From NCBI GenBank assembly GCA_963827655.1, contig CAWHCF010000043.1, positions 1 to 64,000 of the forward strand: a DNA stretch of 64,000 nt, in the 5' to 3' direction. The notes beneath the pieces were generated by a model. That model was not told where the DNA came from. It worked only from the letters and a program-made list of their open reading frames with translations, and searched no databases. Every line of letters starts with the position of its first letter. Positions within the stretch are counted from its first letter, which is position 1. This document shows positions 53,021-63,269 of the stretch, piece by piece. Source of the stretch: an uncultured Acidobacteriota bacterium. Its GTDB lineage: Bacteria > Acidobacteriota > UBA6911. Made by a program: the position numbers and the translations under genes.

Positions 53021-54804
53021 ATGACAAGGCGCGCAGGCTTCTTGGTGTGCGGTTTTCTTTTCCTGGGAACAATCGTTGCGGCCCAGACCCGGACCCAGTC
53101 TTCCAGTACCGAGCTTCCGAAAGTAGTCTTGATCGGAGACTCGATCCGGCTCGGCTATGCGCCTGTCGTCGCGAGGAGTCTGGCAGGCAGAGCCGTCGTG
53201 GTCAGTCCCGAACCCAACGGCGGCGACAGCGCCAATGTGCTGGCTAATCTTGAAGCATGGGTTGTGCGTGAGAATCCTGACGTCGTGCACCTCAACTGCG
53301 GCTTGCACGACCTGAAGGTTTCCAAGAAAACCAGGCAACACCAGGTAGAAATCAAAGAGTATGAGATCAACCTGAAACAGATCGTCGCGCGAATCCAGAA
53401 AGAGACCCGCGCGACGCTCGTGTTCGCCAACACCACTCCGATTATTGATGACCGGCATGCCAGGCGAGGAGCGGATTTCGACCGCTTTGAAACCGATGTC
53501 GTCCGATACAACGCGGTCGCCACGCGCGTGATGAAAGAGGCCGGCGTCCCGCTGCACGACCTGCACTGGGTTGTTGAAAAGGAGGGTTCTTCAGGACGCA
53601 GCCGGCGCTGATGCTGCCCGATGGCACTCACTTCAATGAAGCCGGGTACATTCGGCTGGGCGAAGCGGTGGCCGATTGTGTGTTGCGGCAGATAACCGTG
53701 CGCAAGTACCAGGCCCTTCCCTCCCCCCCTTCGGGACCGCAGGCGGGCGCGGATTACCGCAAGGCAGCTTCCGAGCGCGATCGACAGGTCCCCGGAGTCT
53801 ACAAGAACCTTGGCTTCGGGAGTTTCTCTCTTCCGAAGAGCGCCGCTGACTGGACCGAGGCGCGGCGCGAGACTCACAAGCTTGTTGTGCAATCCCTCGG
53901 CGATCTTCCGCCGCGGCCCGCGCCGCTTCAAGCAAAAGTAATTTCGCGCGAAGTGCGCCCCGGCTACACGCTCGAAAAAGTGGCGATTCCCAACGGCGTC
54001 GACAACATGGTTTCGGCGCTGCTCCTGATCCCCGACCGGCGCCTTCAGCCTGCCCCGGCGATCCTCTGGCTTCACTCGTCCACTCCGGACAAGACACAGA
54101 TCATTATCCCGAACACCAACGGCGGCCAGGAATCACTGGGTGAAGCCTTCGTTCGGGCGGGATATATCGTACTTTCTCCCGACGCATACTGGCATGGCGA
54201 CCGAGTCGGCACCGGGCCGGCCGGCCCCCTTGAGACGTCGCGCAGCGAGCAGGAAAGCCTCTTCAAGCTGAACCTGTGGCTCGGACGCACGCTCTGGGGA
54301 ATGTTTGTTCGCGACGATCAGATCGCCCTGGACTATCTCTGCAGCCGGCCGGAGGTGGACAGGAGCCGCATTGGCGCAACCGGCATGAGCATGGGGAGTA
54401 CCCGCGCCTGGTGGCTGGCGGCCGTGGATGACCGGGTTGCGGCGGCGGTGGGGGTCGCCTGCCTGACCCGCTACCAGAACCTGATCGCGCACGGCGATCT
54501 GCGCCAGCATGGGATTTATTATTTTGCCAACGGCTTGCTCAAGCATTTCGACTCCGAAGGGGTGCTCGCCCTCATAGCGCCGCGACCGTTTCTCGCCTTG
54601 ACGGGAGACCTCGACGCAGGCTCACCCGCCGATGGGATAAAGATGATCGAGGAAAAAGTGGCGAGCGTTTACGCTACGCTGGGAGCCGGGGAAAAATTCA
54701 GGAGCATCCTTTATCCCGACGTCGGCCACGTCTATACGCCGGAGATGCGGACTGAGATGCTGAAGTGGTTCGACCGCTGGCTGACCCCGGGCAATTCGAA
54801 GTAG
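53021..54804 (+). CDS. SGNH/GDSL hydrolase fused to alpha/beta (dienelactone-hydrolase-like) hydrolase; frameshift near 53600
   Basis: GDSI and NCGLHD in the first ORF; the SGNH DGTH motif lies at the start of the second ORF, followed by GMSMG and GH motifs. Confidence 0.82.
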
Positions 54805-54946
54805 TTTTCCTTGCCCGAGCGGGATATAGACGGCGGGCCGTACTCCCAAGTTGAAAATCCGTTTAGGCGTGACTGTTAGGCCGCCGATACAGTTTCATAA
54901 CTGGCGCTCTACGTACGCATTCAGAACATCCCCGGGGCTCGGCCGG

Positions 54947-57616
54947 TCATTTATTCAGCGCGGCGGGCCAGTTCAGGAACACCGTGGCCGGCTCGCCCGC
55001 CGCGCCCTCCGCCTCGCTGAGGATCAGAAACCGCTGCCCGTCGCCTGTGACGGCGTAGCCGGCGCCTGGGGCGCCCGTAAACACACGCGTCTGGAACAGG
55101 GGCCGGGGAATTTCCGCTTCGAAGCGGGTCCCGGCCTTGACCTCCACCGCCATCAGCTTGCGGTCCGGCGCCAGATAGAACAACTCCTTGCCGTCTCCGC
55201 GCCAGCGTGGCCCGACACCTCCACCTGTTGAGACCGGCCACTTCCCGCCGCTGGCCGGCTGGCCCGGCAAGAATTCTCGCACGTAGACCTCGTATCGCCC
55301 CGACTCGTTCGAGTCGTAGGCCACCCACTTCCCGTCGGGCGAGAACCGGCCGTTTCGCTCGTGAAACTCGGTGCGCAGAAAGGGCATCGGCTTCCGCCCG
55401 GCGTCTTTTGTCTCCGCAGTGAGCGGCAGCACCCACAGGTCCATTCGTGTCTTGGCATCCGATTCGCCGAAGAGAAGGAACCGCCCGTCCCGGGACCAGT
55501 CAGTTGGCCATTTGTCGGCCTGCGTCTTCAGCAGTGATTCATCCTCGCCTGTCCCGCTCGCGGCCTTTTGGTAGAGGTTCCAGGGGCCGTCCCGGGTTGA
55601 GTAGAAGGCGATCCGGCTGCCATCGGGCGACCAGACGGGAAAGCCTTCGATGGCGGGATGGAAAGTGAAGCGCGAGCTTGCGGCACGTGCGACATCGAAC
55701 AGCCAGATATCCGAGTCTCCGGTCTGGGGATCGCTGCGCATCGCCGCCACGCGCCGTCCGTCCGGCGACAGGTCGAGTTGCCAGTACGCGCCGAGCGCGC
55801 CCACGGTTTCCAGCCGCTTGCCGCCGTGGTCCATCCAAACAAGCTGGCGGTTGCCGCCGCCGCTGGAGTCATAGACCAGCACACCGCTCTCGGAGACCGA
55901 AAAGCGCGCGCGCCAGAAACCGGTCTCCACCCCCACCGGCTCGGCCACCGGAAAGGCCTCGCCGCTCAACTCGAGCTTGCCCGGATCGAACCGTTGGGCC
56001 ATCAGCGCGCGTTCGCGCAGGAACAGCAGATACCCGCGCCCCGTGGCCGGCCCGGCGAAGGCGGCACTGGAGTCCGTTGCCACCAGGCGCGTTTTCTTTG
56101 AATCCATCTCCTCCTTGGAATCAAGCGAGCCCAGGTAAATGCCCCAGTGTTCCCGCTGCTGGCTACTGACGATGAAATGCAGGAAGCGGCGGCCATCGGG
56201 CAAAAACTGCGGCCAGCGGTGGGAAGTCTCCTGGCGCGAGGCGTCAAGCTGGGTCACCGGCTTCGGCTCGCCCCCTGCCGCTGGCACCTGCAACAGGGCG
56301 CCTGAACTACTGGGCGCGAAGACGATCACCCCCTCCCGGCTCCAGGCGGCGCCGCGGCCGGTCGGCGCCCTGGCGAGCGTCTGGGGCGGCCCGCCCGAAG
56401 CTTCGATCTTCTGCAGCGTGCCGCCGGCGAAAAAGCCGATGGAGCGGCTGTCGGGTGACCAGAAGGGGTAGCTGGCGCCCTCGGTCCCGGCCAGCGTCTG
56501 GGCGGCCAGCGCATCCAGCGCGCGCACCCAGAGCTGCGTCTTGCCCGAGGCATCGGTGGCCGTGAAGGCTACCCGGCGGCCATCGGGGGAGACTGCGACG
56601 GCGCCCAAGGCCGTTTTCTCGGGCGGGAGCAGAGCGAACCTGGTCACTCGCTGCTCAGGAGGCGCTTGGCGGAAATGCACGATTGCTAGCACCAGCGCAA
56701 TCGCGGCGAACAGCGCGGCAACCAGCCACGGAATCGCGCGCGCACGTGCCGTTGCCGCCGGCATCGCTCGCTCCGCAGCGGCGGGCTGCTTGAGTTCCAG
56801 CAGCGCGTCGCCCGCATCGCGCAGCCGCTCGCGCGGGTCCTTTTGCAAGCAGCGCCGCAGCAGCGTGCGCACCGGGGCCGGCGTCACGGCCGGAAGCGCG
56901 CTCCACTCAGGCTCGTTCTTGACAACTGCGGCTAGGGTATCGGTGATGGTGTCGGCCCCGAAGGCCGGTTTCCCAGCCAGCATTTCGTAGAGCACGCAGC
57001 CGAAGGCCCAGATGTCGGTGCGCTTGTCCACCGGCTTGCCCCGCGCCTGCTCCGGCGACATGTAGGCCGCCGTGCCCAGAATCACCCCGGCGCGCGTGGC
57101 GTCCGCGCTGATGGTTTTCGACAGTTCCGCGTCGGAGCCTTCCGGCTCAAAGGCCTTGGCCAGGCCGAAGTCCAGCACTTTGACCGTACCTTCCGGCGTC
57201 AGCTCTATGTTGGCCGGCTTCAGGTCACGGTGGATGACGCCCTTCTCGTGCGCCGCCTCCAGCGCCTCGGCAATTTGTTTGGCCATCTCCACCGCTTCCT
57301 CCCCCGGCAGCGGCCCGCGCTTCAAACGCTCGGCCAGAGTCTCGCCCGCCACGTATTCCAGCACCAGGTAGCGCAGGCCGTCGGCCTCCTCCAGGTCATG
57401 GATCGCCGCGATGTTGGTGTGATTCAGCGAGGCGAGCAGCCGCGCTTCCCGCTCAAACCGGGCCAGCCGCCCCGCGTCCTGAGCAAAGGACTGGGGCAAA
57501 ACTTTTATCGCTACGTCGCGTCCGAGCGTCGTGTCCTGCGCCCGGTAGACGACACCCATGCCGCCCTCGCCGAGCTTCTCGACGATGCGGTAATGGCCGA
57601 GCGTCTGACCGATCAT
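54947..57616 (-). CDS. Hanks-type Ser/Thr kinase with TM and PD40 propeller
   Basis: GEGGMG, VAIK, HRDLKPAN, DFG, YMSPEQ; WSPD repeats; SNESGRYEVY. Confidence 0.95.
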   Translation of the reverse strand: MIGQTLGHYRIVEKLGEGGMGVVYRAQDTTLGRDVAIKVLPQSFAQDAGRLARFEREARLLASLNHTNIAAIHDLEEADGLRYLVLEYVAGETLAERLKRGPLPGEEAVEMAKQIAEALEAAHEKGVIHRDLKPANIELTPEGTVKVLDFGLAKAFEPEGSDAELSKTISADATRAGVILGTAAYMSPEQARGKPVDKRTDIWAFGCVLYEMLAGKPAFGADTITDTLAAVVKNEPEWSALPAVTPAPVRTLLRRCLQKDPRERLRDAGDALLELKQPAAAERAMPAATARARAIPWLVAALFAAIALVLAIVHFRQAPPEQRVTRFALLPPEKTALGAVAVSPDGRRVAFTATDASGKTQLWVRALDALAAQTLAGTEGASYPFWSPDSRSIGFFAGGTLQKIEASGGPPQTLARAPTGRGAAWSREGVIVFAPSSSGALLQVPAAGGEPKPVTQLDASRQETSHRWPQFLPDGRRFLHFIVSSQQREHWGIYLGSLDSKEEMDSKKTRLVATDSSAAFAGPATGRGYLLFLRERALMAQRFDPGKLELSGEAFPVAEPVGVETGFWRARFSVSESGVLVYDSSGGGNRQLVWMDHGGKRLETVGALGAYWQLDLSPDGRRVAAMRSDPQTGDSDIWLFDVARAASSRFTFHPAIEGFPVWSPDGSRIAFYSTRDGPWNLYQKAASGTGEDESLLKTQADKWPTDWSRDGRFLLFGESDAKTRMDLWVLPLTAETKDAGRKPMPFLRTEFHERNGRFSPDGKWVAYDSNESGRYEVYVREFLPGQPASGGKWPVSTGGGVGPRWRGDGKELFYLAPDRKLMAVEVKAGTRFEAEIPRPLFQTRVFTGAPGAGYAVTGDGQRFLILSEAEGAAGEPATVFLNWPAALNK

Positions 57617-57669
57617 GCGATGCCCCCGTTTGGCGTGCCATGTTAGGCGCGCCAAACAGACAAGTCAAC

Positions 57670-58095
57670 GCTCCGCCTCATCAGGCTCATCAGGTACCCG
57701 ATGTGTATCCCGGATCCGAGCAAGCCTGACTTCGTCACCGATCTCATCCTCCCCAAGACGGTGTCGGAGGCGTCGGTCGAAAGCCGCTCGGCCTTCCTGA
57801 AGGCGGTCGATCGCCACTACCGCGCGCTCAACGAGAAGGCGGAGCATGCCGACCTCGACGCCTACATGCGCAAGCCTGGAAGATGATCCTGACGCCCGCG
57901 GTGCGCGATACCTTCGATCTGTCGAAGGAATCCGACAAGACCAAGGAGCAGTACGGCAAGGACTCTGTCGGATCGTCTCTTCTGCTCGCGCACCGCCTGG
58001 TTGAGGCGGGGAGCCGCTTCGTCACTGCCGCGGGCTTCCACAGCACCTCCTGGGATACGCACAGCGACAACGACCGCGGGCACCGCGACTGCAAC
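57670..58095 (+). pseudogene. Internal fragment of a DUF1501-like gene
   Basis: FDLSKESDKTKEQYG...LLLAHRLVEAGSRFV...WDTHSDN; no plausible start or end; frameshifted. Confidence 0.7.
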
Positions 58096-58119
58096 TGCGA
58101 AGGTGCGAACCACGCTGAA

Positions 58120-59064
58120 TCAACCGCCGTTGCCCTGCTGGGCAATCAGCGCTTCGACCTCTGACAGGGTGGGCATTGCTTCCGAACACATCAACCGGTT
58201 CACTACAATGGCCGCAGCGGCGTTTCCGTAGCTGAGCGCCTGGGTCAGCGACATCCCCCTGAAAATCGCATAGAGAAAGCCTGAAGCGAACCCATCCCCC
58301 GCCCCGATAGTCGAGACTACCTCAACCGGATATGAAGGAAGAAAGACCGACTCCGCAGCATTGGTCGCGCGCGTTCCTTCCGAACCCATTTTGGCCACCA
58401 CCAGCGGAACACCCCGGTTCCGAAGCCTCGCGATGGCCTGGTCGACATCGTCTTCTTCGGCCACCATGCAGATTTCTTCCGGATTGGCGATCAGGATATC
58501 GATGAATGGAAGCGCCAGCCTCGCGTACAATCCCGCCTCTTCCGGGCCGGCCCAGGAGCTGGCACGAAAGTCTACATCGAACGCGATACGCACGCCCGCT
58601 GTGTGAGCCGATTCCAGCGCGCGATAGGTCGATTCCCGGGAAGGCGACGCGCACAGGCTGGTGCCGTTCGTGACGAAGAGCCGCGTCGACCCGATGAATT
58701 CCTGTTCCGGGCCGCCCACTTCCACCTGGGCGTCTGCGGGACGATCGCGATAGAAGACCTGAGGGAAATGATTCGGCGGCGAGACTTCAGTCAGGCAGAG
58801 GGAGGAAACGTAGCCCGCCTTGCGTTGAACGAATCGGGTATCGACTCCCTCGTGTTCGAGATACTCGATCAGGTAATCGCTCAGCGGATCTGTGCCGACG
58901 CAGCTGATGATTCCGACGCTGAGCCCAAGCCGGCGCAACCCCACCGCCATGTTTGCTGACGAGCCTCCCAGATAGCGCGAGAAGCGTCGCACGTCTTTGA
59001 GTGGAACATTGTGGTCTTCAGCGTAGAGATCGTAGCCGATTCTTCCCAGTATGCCGACATCCAT
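58120..59064 (-). CDS. iolC: 5-dehydro-2-deoxygluconokinase (PfkB family)
   Basis: GRIGYDLY, YLGGSSAN, DVDFR..W, GAGDGFASG. Confidence 0.9.
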   Translation of the reverse strand: MDVGILGRIGYDLYAEDHNVPLKDVRRFSRYLGGSSANMAVGLRRLGLSVGIISCVGTDPLSDYLIEYLEHEGVDTRFVQRKAGYVSSLCLTEVSPPNHFPQVFYRDRPADAQVEVGGPEQEFIGSTRLFVTNGTSLCASPSRESTYRALESAHTAGVRIAFDVDFRASSWAGPEEAGLYARLALPFIDILIANPEEICMVAEEDDVDQAIARLRNRGVPLVVAKMGSEGTRATNAAESVFLPSYPVEVVSTIGAGDGFASGFLYAIFRGMSLTQALSYGNAAAAIVVNRLMCSEAMPTLSEVEALIAQQGNGG

Positions 59065-59232
59065 GTCATTGGTCATTGGTCATTGGTCTTAGTCATTTGT
59101 CATTGGTTCTGAGATGTCCAGAGACTGGCACTGCACGAGACGCGAGTCCGAGGTCCGAGTATGAATGATAAATGACCAATATGACAAATGACCAATGACA
59201 AATGACCAATCATGACCAATGACAAATGACTA
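59065..59232. repeat. Inverted heptamer tracts (GTCATTK)n ... (MAATGAC)n
   Basis: Read directly between the divergent iolC and ATPase genes. Confidence 0.88.
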
Positions 59233-59310
59233 ACGAGCCGCTACCCTGGACCTCGCTAGAAGGTGAAACCGTCACCGGGAAGAAGCGAGGACAGCAAGAG
59301 GGAGGACCCG

Positions 59311-61737
59311 ATGGAATCTTTTGAGAAACTTGGCCTGTTTTATCTCGGGAAGCTGGTAAACCCCCAGTCCGGAACGCTTCAGAATGACTATCTCTTGTAC
59401 GACGCCAAGGACCTGGTGACACACGCGGTGTGCGTCGGTATGACCGGCAGCGGGAAGACCGGCTTGTGTCTTGGGCTGCTGGAGGAAGCCGCGATCGACA
59501 ACATCCCGGCAATCATCATTGACCCGAAGGGAGACCTGGGAAATCTATTGCTGGCGTTTCCAGACTTGAGGCCGGACGACTTTCGCCCTTGGGTCCAGGA
59601 AGACCAGGCAAGCAAAGCGGGCGTCTCTCTCGACGAGTACGCCGCCGCCGAAGCGGAGAAGTGGCGCAAGGGGCTCCAGGAGTGGGGACAGGACCCGCAG
59701 CGGATTCGCGCATTCAAGTCGGCCGCCGATTTTACCATTTACACACCGGGAAGCACCGCCGGTCTGCCGGTCTCGATCCTGAAATCCTTTGCCGCCCCTG
59801 CTCCGAACACCGATCTCGATCTGCTCAAAGATCGCATTCAAACGACCGCGTCAAGCCTGCTGGGCCTCGTCGGTATTCAAGCGGACCCGCTTCGCAGCCG
59901 AGAACACATCCTCATTGCCAGTGTCCTCGAACAGGCCTGGTCATCCGGCAAGGATCTGGACCTTCCTGCTTTGATACAGATGATCCAGAAACCTCCAATG
60001 CCGCGCATCGGTGTCTTTGACCTGGAAACATTCTACCCGGCGCAAGAACGTTTTCAGCTGGCATTGACGCTGAACAATCTGCTCGCGGCACCGGGCTTCG
60101 AGGCATGGATGGAAGGCGAGGGACTGGAAATCGATCGCATGCTGTACACAAAAGCGGGAAAGCCCAGAATGAGCATCTTTTCCATTGCGCACCTTTCCGA
60201 TGCCGAGCGAATGTTTTTTGTCACGATCCTGCTCAATCACGTGCTCGGCTGGATGCGCTCTCAACCCGGAACACCGAGCCTGCGCGCCATACTTTACATG
60301 GATGAGGTGTTCGGCTTTTTTCCTCCGGTTTCCGAGCCCCCTTCCAAGCGCCCCTTGCTCACCCTTCTGAAGCAGGCGCGGGCTTTCGGTCTTGGAGTCG
60401 TACTGGCAACTCAGAATCCCGTGGATCTGGACTATAAGGGCTTGTCGAATGCCGGTACCTGGTTCATCGGGAGATTGCAGACGGAGCGAGACAAGGACCG
60501 GCTGTTAGAAGGACTCGCAAGCGCCGCCGGCACAAGCGGAGCAGGATTCGAACCGCGCGCCCTGGCCGACTTGATATCGAAGCTCGGCCAGCGCGTTTTC
60601 TTGATGCAGAGCGTGCACGAAGAGCAGCCCACGATGTTCCAGACTCGCTGGGCGCTATCTTATTTGGCTGGACCGCTCACTCGCAGCCAGATCAAGCAAT
60701 TGATGCAGGACAGGAAACCGGTGAGTGAGCCTGCGATGCCGCAAGCCGTGCCCCAGGCTTCTGAGCCGGGGCCAGAGACATCCAAGGTCAGGCCGCAGCT
60801 ACCTCCCGAGGTTCGTCAGTTCTTTGCCGTCGCCCAGGCCCGGCCGGATTCCGAGGGGCAGCTGGCCTACCATCCCTTTCTTTATGCGTCTGCCAAAGTG
60901 CACATCATCAACAACAAGCTGGGAATCACGCACGCCCAGTCGCTGGCCCATGTAATCGAACTGCAGGAAGACATGAACGCCGCGCTTTGGTATCAAGCCC
61001 GGGAGCTGCCTGGGGAGCCGGACCAGCTTGGGCGTCAACCGTCGGAAGACGCGGCCTACCTTCCTCTCCCCGCGGCCTCCTTGCAGGGAAAACGCCTGGC
61101 AAGTCTGTCGAAGAGCTACATCGACTTTCTCTCCAAGCAGCATCAACTCACACTGTGGAAAAGCAATCTTTTTAAACATACCTCTCAGCCCGGGGAGCCG
61201 GAGAGGGATTTCCGTATCCGCCTGCAGCAACTGGCTCGCGAACGGCGGGATTTCGAGGTGGCACGTCTGCGCCAGCGCTTCGCCACCAAGATCGGCACGC
61301 TCCAGCGGCAATTAATGCGGGCCGAGCAACGCGTCGAACGGGAGCAGGAACAGTACGGCCAGCAGAAGGTGCAGACCGCCATATCGGTGGGCGCGACCCT
61401 GCTCGGGGCAGTATTCGGGCGGAAGACCACCAGCATCGCTAACCTCGGAAGAGCCACAACCGCGGCCCGCGGGGCGAGCCGGATTTCGCGGGAGAAAGAA
61501 GACATCGAGCGTGCTCAACAGCAGCAGCAAGCTACCCGGGCGCAATTGGATGCCATCGAGAAACAACTGAGCGAGGAGGCAGACCGGCTGGCGCAGACGT
61601 ATGATCCGCAGGCCGAAACTCTGCAAGAAGTGATCGTGCGTCCGGCGAAGGCAGACATCTTGTTACAGGATTTCGGATTGCTCTGGATCCCCTACTGGCA
61701 TTCCAAAGCAGGCAATCCCGAACCGCTCTACCGCTAA
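59311..61737 (+). CDS. HerA/FtsK-superfamily ATPase (DUF87-like) with C-terminal coiled coil
   Basis: [34 protein letters not shown]. Confidence 0.88.
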   Translation: MESFEKLGLFYLGKLVNPQSGTLQNDYLLYDAKDLVTHAVCVGMTGSGKTGLCLGLLEEAAIDNIPAIIIDPKGDLGNLLLAFPDLRPDDFRPWVQEDQASKAGVSLDEYAAAEAEKWRKGLQEWGQDPQRIRAFKSAADFTIYTPGSTAGLPVSILKSFAAPAPNTDLDLLKDRIQTTASSLLGLVGIQADPLRSREHILIASVLEQAWSSGKDLDLPALIQMIQKPPMPRIGVFDLETFYPAQERFQLALTLNNLLAAPGFEAWMEGEGLEIDRMLYTKAGKPRMSIFSIAHLSDAERMFFVTILLNHVLGWMRSQPGTPSLRAILYMDEVFGFFPPVSEPPSKRPLLTLLKQARAFGLGVVLATQNPVDLDYKGLSNAGTWFIGRLQTERDKDRLLEGLASAAGTSGAGFEPRALADLISKLGQRVFLMQSVHEEQPTMFQTRWALSYLAGPLTRSQIKQLMQDRKPVSEPAMPQAVPQASEPGPETSKVRPQLPPEVRQFFAVAQARPDSEGQLAYHPFLYASAKVHIINNKLGITHAQSLAHVIELQEDMNAALWYQARELPGEPDQLGRQPSEDAAYLPLPAASLQGKRLASLSKSYIDFLSKQHQLTLWKSNLFKHTSQPGEPERDFRIRLQQLARERRDFEVARLRQRFATKIGTLQRQLMRAEQRVEREQEQYGQQKVQTAISVGATLLGAVFGRKTTSIANLGRATTAARGASRISREKEDIERAQQQQQATRAQLDAIEKQLSEEADRLAQTYDPQAETLQEVIVRPAKADILLQDFGLLWIPYWHSKAGNPEPLYR

Positions 61738-61841
61738 GGCGCAAAGACGCGAAGAATGGCCAGGAACCTGGTGAAAAGGACGTGGTATGTGCGCCGCAAC
61801 TGTGGTTAAATCGTTGTGATCCACCTATCCTCCTGGAGGTT

Positions 61842-63110
61842 ATGATGAGACGGTATCTGAAGCTGGGAGCCTTGGGGCTCGGAGCATCAGCGATTGCCCT
61901 GACCGGTACCGTGGCAGCCGGACCGGCAAATACAAAGGTCACCTTTACGAAGGATGTCGCTCCAATTCTCTTCAAGCGCTGCGTCGAATGCCATCGCCCC
62001 GGAGAAATTGCCCCGATGTCGCTTCTGAGCTACGAGCAGGCGCGCCCGTGGGCGAGATCGATCAAGGAGAAGGTGGTGGAGCGATCGATGCCTCCCTGGC
62101 TGGCCGATCCGCAGCATACCCATTTCGAGAACGACCGTCGGCTGCCTCAGAAAGAGATCGACACGCTCGTGGCCTGGGCAAACGCCGGCGCCCCCAAGGG
62201 CGACGACAAAGACCTCCCGCCTGCGCCGAAGTTCTCGGAAGGCTGGACGATCGGAAAGCCCGATCTGGTCCTGACCATGCAGGAGGAATTCGAAGTGCCG
62301 GCCGAAGGGGTAGTGCCCTACAAATACATGACCATCCCGACCAACTTTACCGAGGATAAGTGGATTCAAGCCCTGGAAATCCGTCCCGGGAATCGGAGTG
62401 TGGTCCATCACGTGATCGCCTCCGTTCAGGATCCCGGCGCCGGTCAGCCTCAGCGCAATCGAGACCCTCAGGCGTCCGGCGGCAGCGCCACGAACATCCA
62501 GAGGGGCCGCGAGAACTTCCTGGGCGGCATCGCACCCGGCGACTCGGCGGATGTCTTTCCACCGGGAACCGCCAAGCGCATTAAAGCAGGTTCAAACATC
62601 GTGCTTCAGATGCACTACACCACCAATGGCGTCCCGACCCGGGATCGAACCAGCGTCGGTTTTGTTTTCGCAAAGGAACCGGTGCACAAGACGATCGTGA
62701 CCGGCAACGCAGCCAACGCGCGCTTTGTGATTCCGCCCGGCGATCCCGGCCATGAGGTGACATCGAGCACCACGTTCGCCGAGGACGTTCACCTGATAAC
62801 TCTGATGCCGCACATGCACGTCCGCGGTAAGGACTTCCTGTATACGGCGATCTACCCTGATGGGCGGTCTGAGGTGATCCTGCGAGTCCCGCGCTACGAT
62901 TTCAACTGGCAGCTGACTTACAAGTTCGCCAAGCCGCTTTCCTTGCCAAAGGGTACCCGCATCGATTGCGTCGCTCACTTCGATAATTCCACCAATAACA
63001 AGTACAACCCCGATCCGACCCGCGAAGTGCGCTGGGGAGATCAAACCTGGGAAGAGATGATGATCGGGTGGTTTACTTATACGCGGGACGCGGAGCAGCT
63101 CGGAAATTGA
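61842..63110 (+). CDS. Secreted cytochrome c + PHM-like copper monooxygenase-domain protein
   Basis: Signal peptide, CVECH...MPPW, VVHH, QMHY, PHMHVRG, YDFNWQ, WEEMM. Confidence 0.8.
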   Translation: MMRRYLKLGALGLGASAIALTGTVAAGPANTKVTFTKDVAPILFKRCVECHRPGEIAPMSLLSYEQARPWARSIKEKVVERSMPPWLADPQHTHFENDRRLPQKEIDTLVAWANAGAPKGDDKDLPPAPKFSEGWTIGKPDLVLTMQEEFEVPAEGVVPYKYMTIPTNFTEDKWIQALEIRPGNRSVVHHVIASVQDPGAGQPQRNRDPQASGGSATNIQRGRENFLGGIAPGDSADVFPPGTAKRIKAGSNIVLQMHYTTNGVPTRDRTSVGFVFAKEPVHKTIVTGNAANARFVIPPGDPGHEVTSSTTFAEDVHLITLMPHMHVRGKDFLYTAIYPDGRSEVILRVPRYDFNWQLTYKFAKPLSLPKGTRIDCVAHFDNSTNNKYNPDPTREVRWGDQTWEEMMIGWFTYTRDAEQLGN

Positions 63111-63253
63111 CGATTGACGATTGACGATTGACGGTGGAATAGTTACGATTTCATCGCAATTGACGATTTACGACTTGGGCAGATACTGACGATTTGACGA
63201 GTGGACTGACGAGGTCGGGAAATCGTCAATCGTAAATCGTCAATCGTCAATCC
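63106..63253. repeat. Heptamer-armed hairpin element, degenerate copy 3
   Basis: (ATTGACG)x4 ... AATCGTCAATCGTAAATCGTCAATCGTCAATC. Confidence 0.85.
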
Positions 63254-63269
63254 AACTGAGGGGATTACC

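Noticed and set aside
20266-54804. Frameshifts in the receptor, hydrolase, oxidoreductase and secreted-protein genes as programmed frameshifting or pseudogenisation
   Set aside because: They are scattered over unrelated genes without consistent slippery sites; sequencing indels are the simpler explanation.
54805-54946. GTTAGGC as an integron attC core (also near 57642)
   Set aside because: No matching RYYYAAC inverse core or attC stem, and no integrase in the window.
43327-63253. Heptamer and hairpin repeats as a CRISPR array
   Set aside because: No regular repeat-spacer periodicity, copies are kilobases apart, and no cas genes are present.
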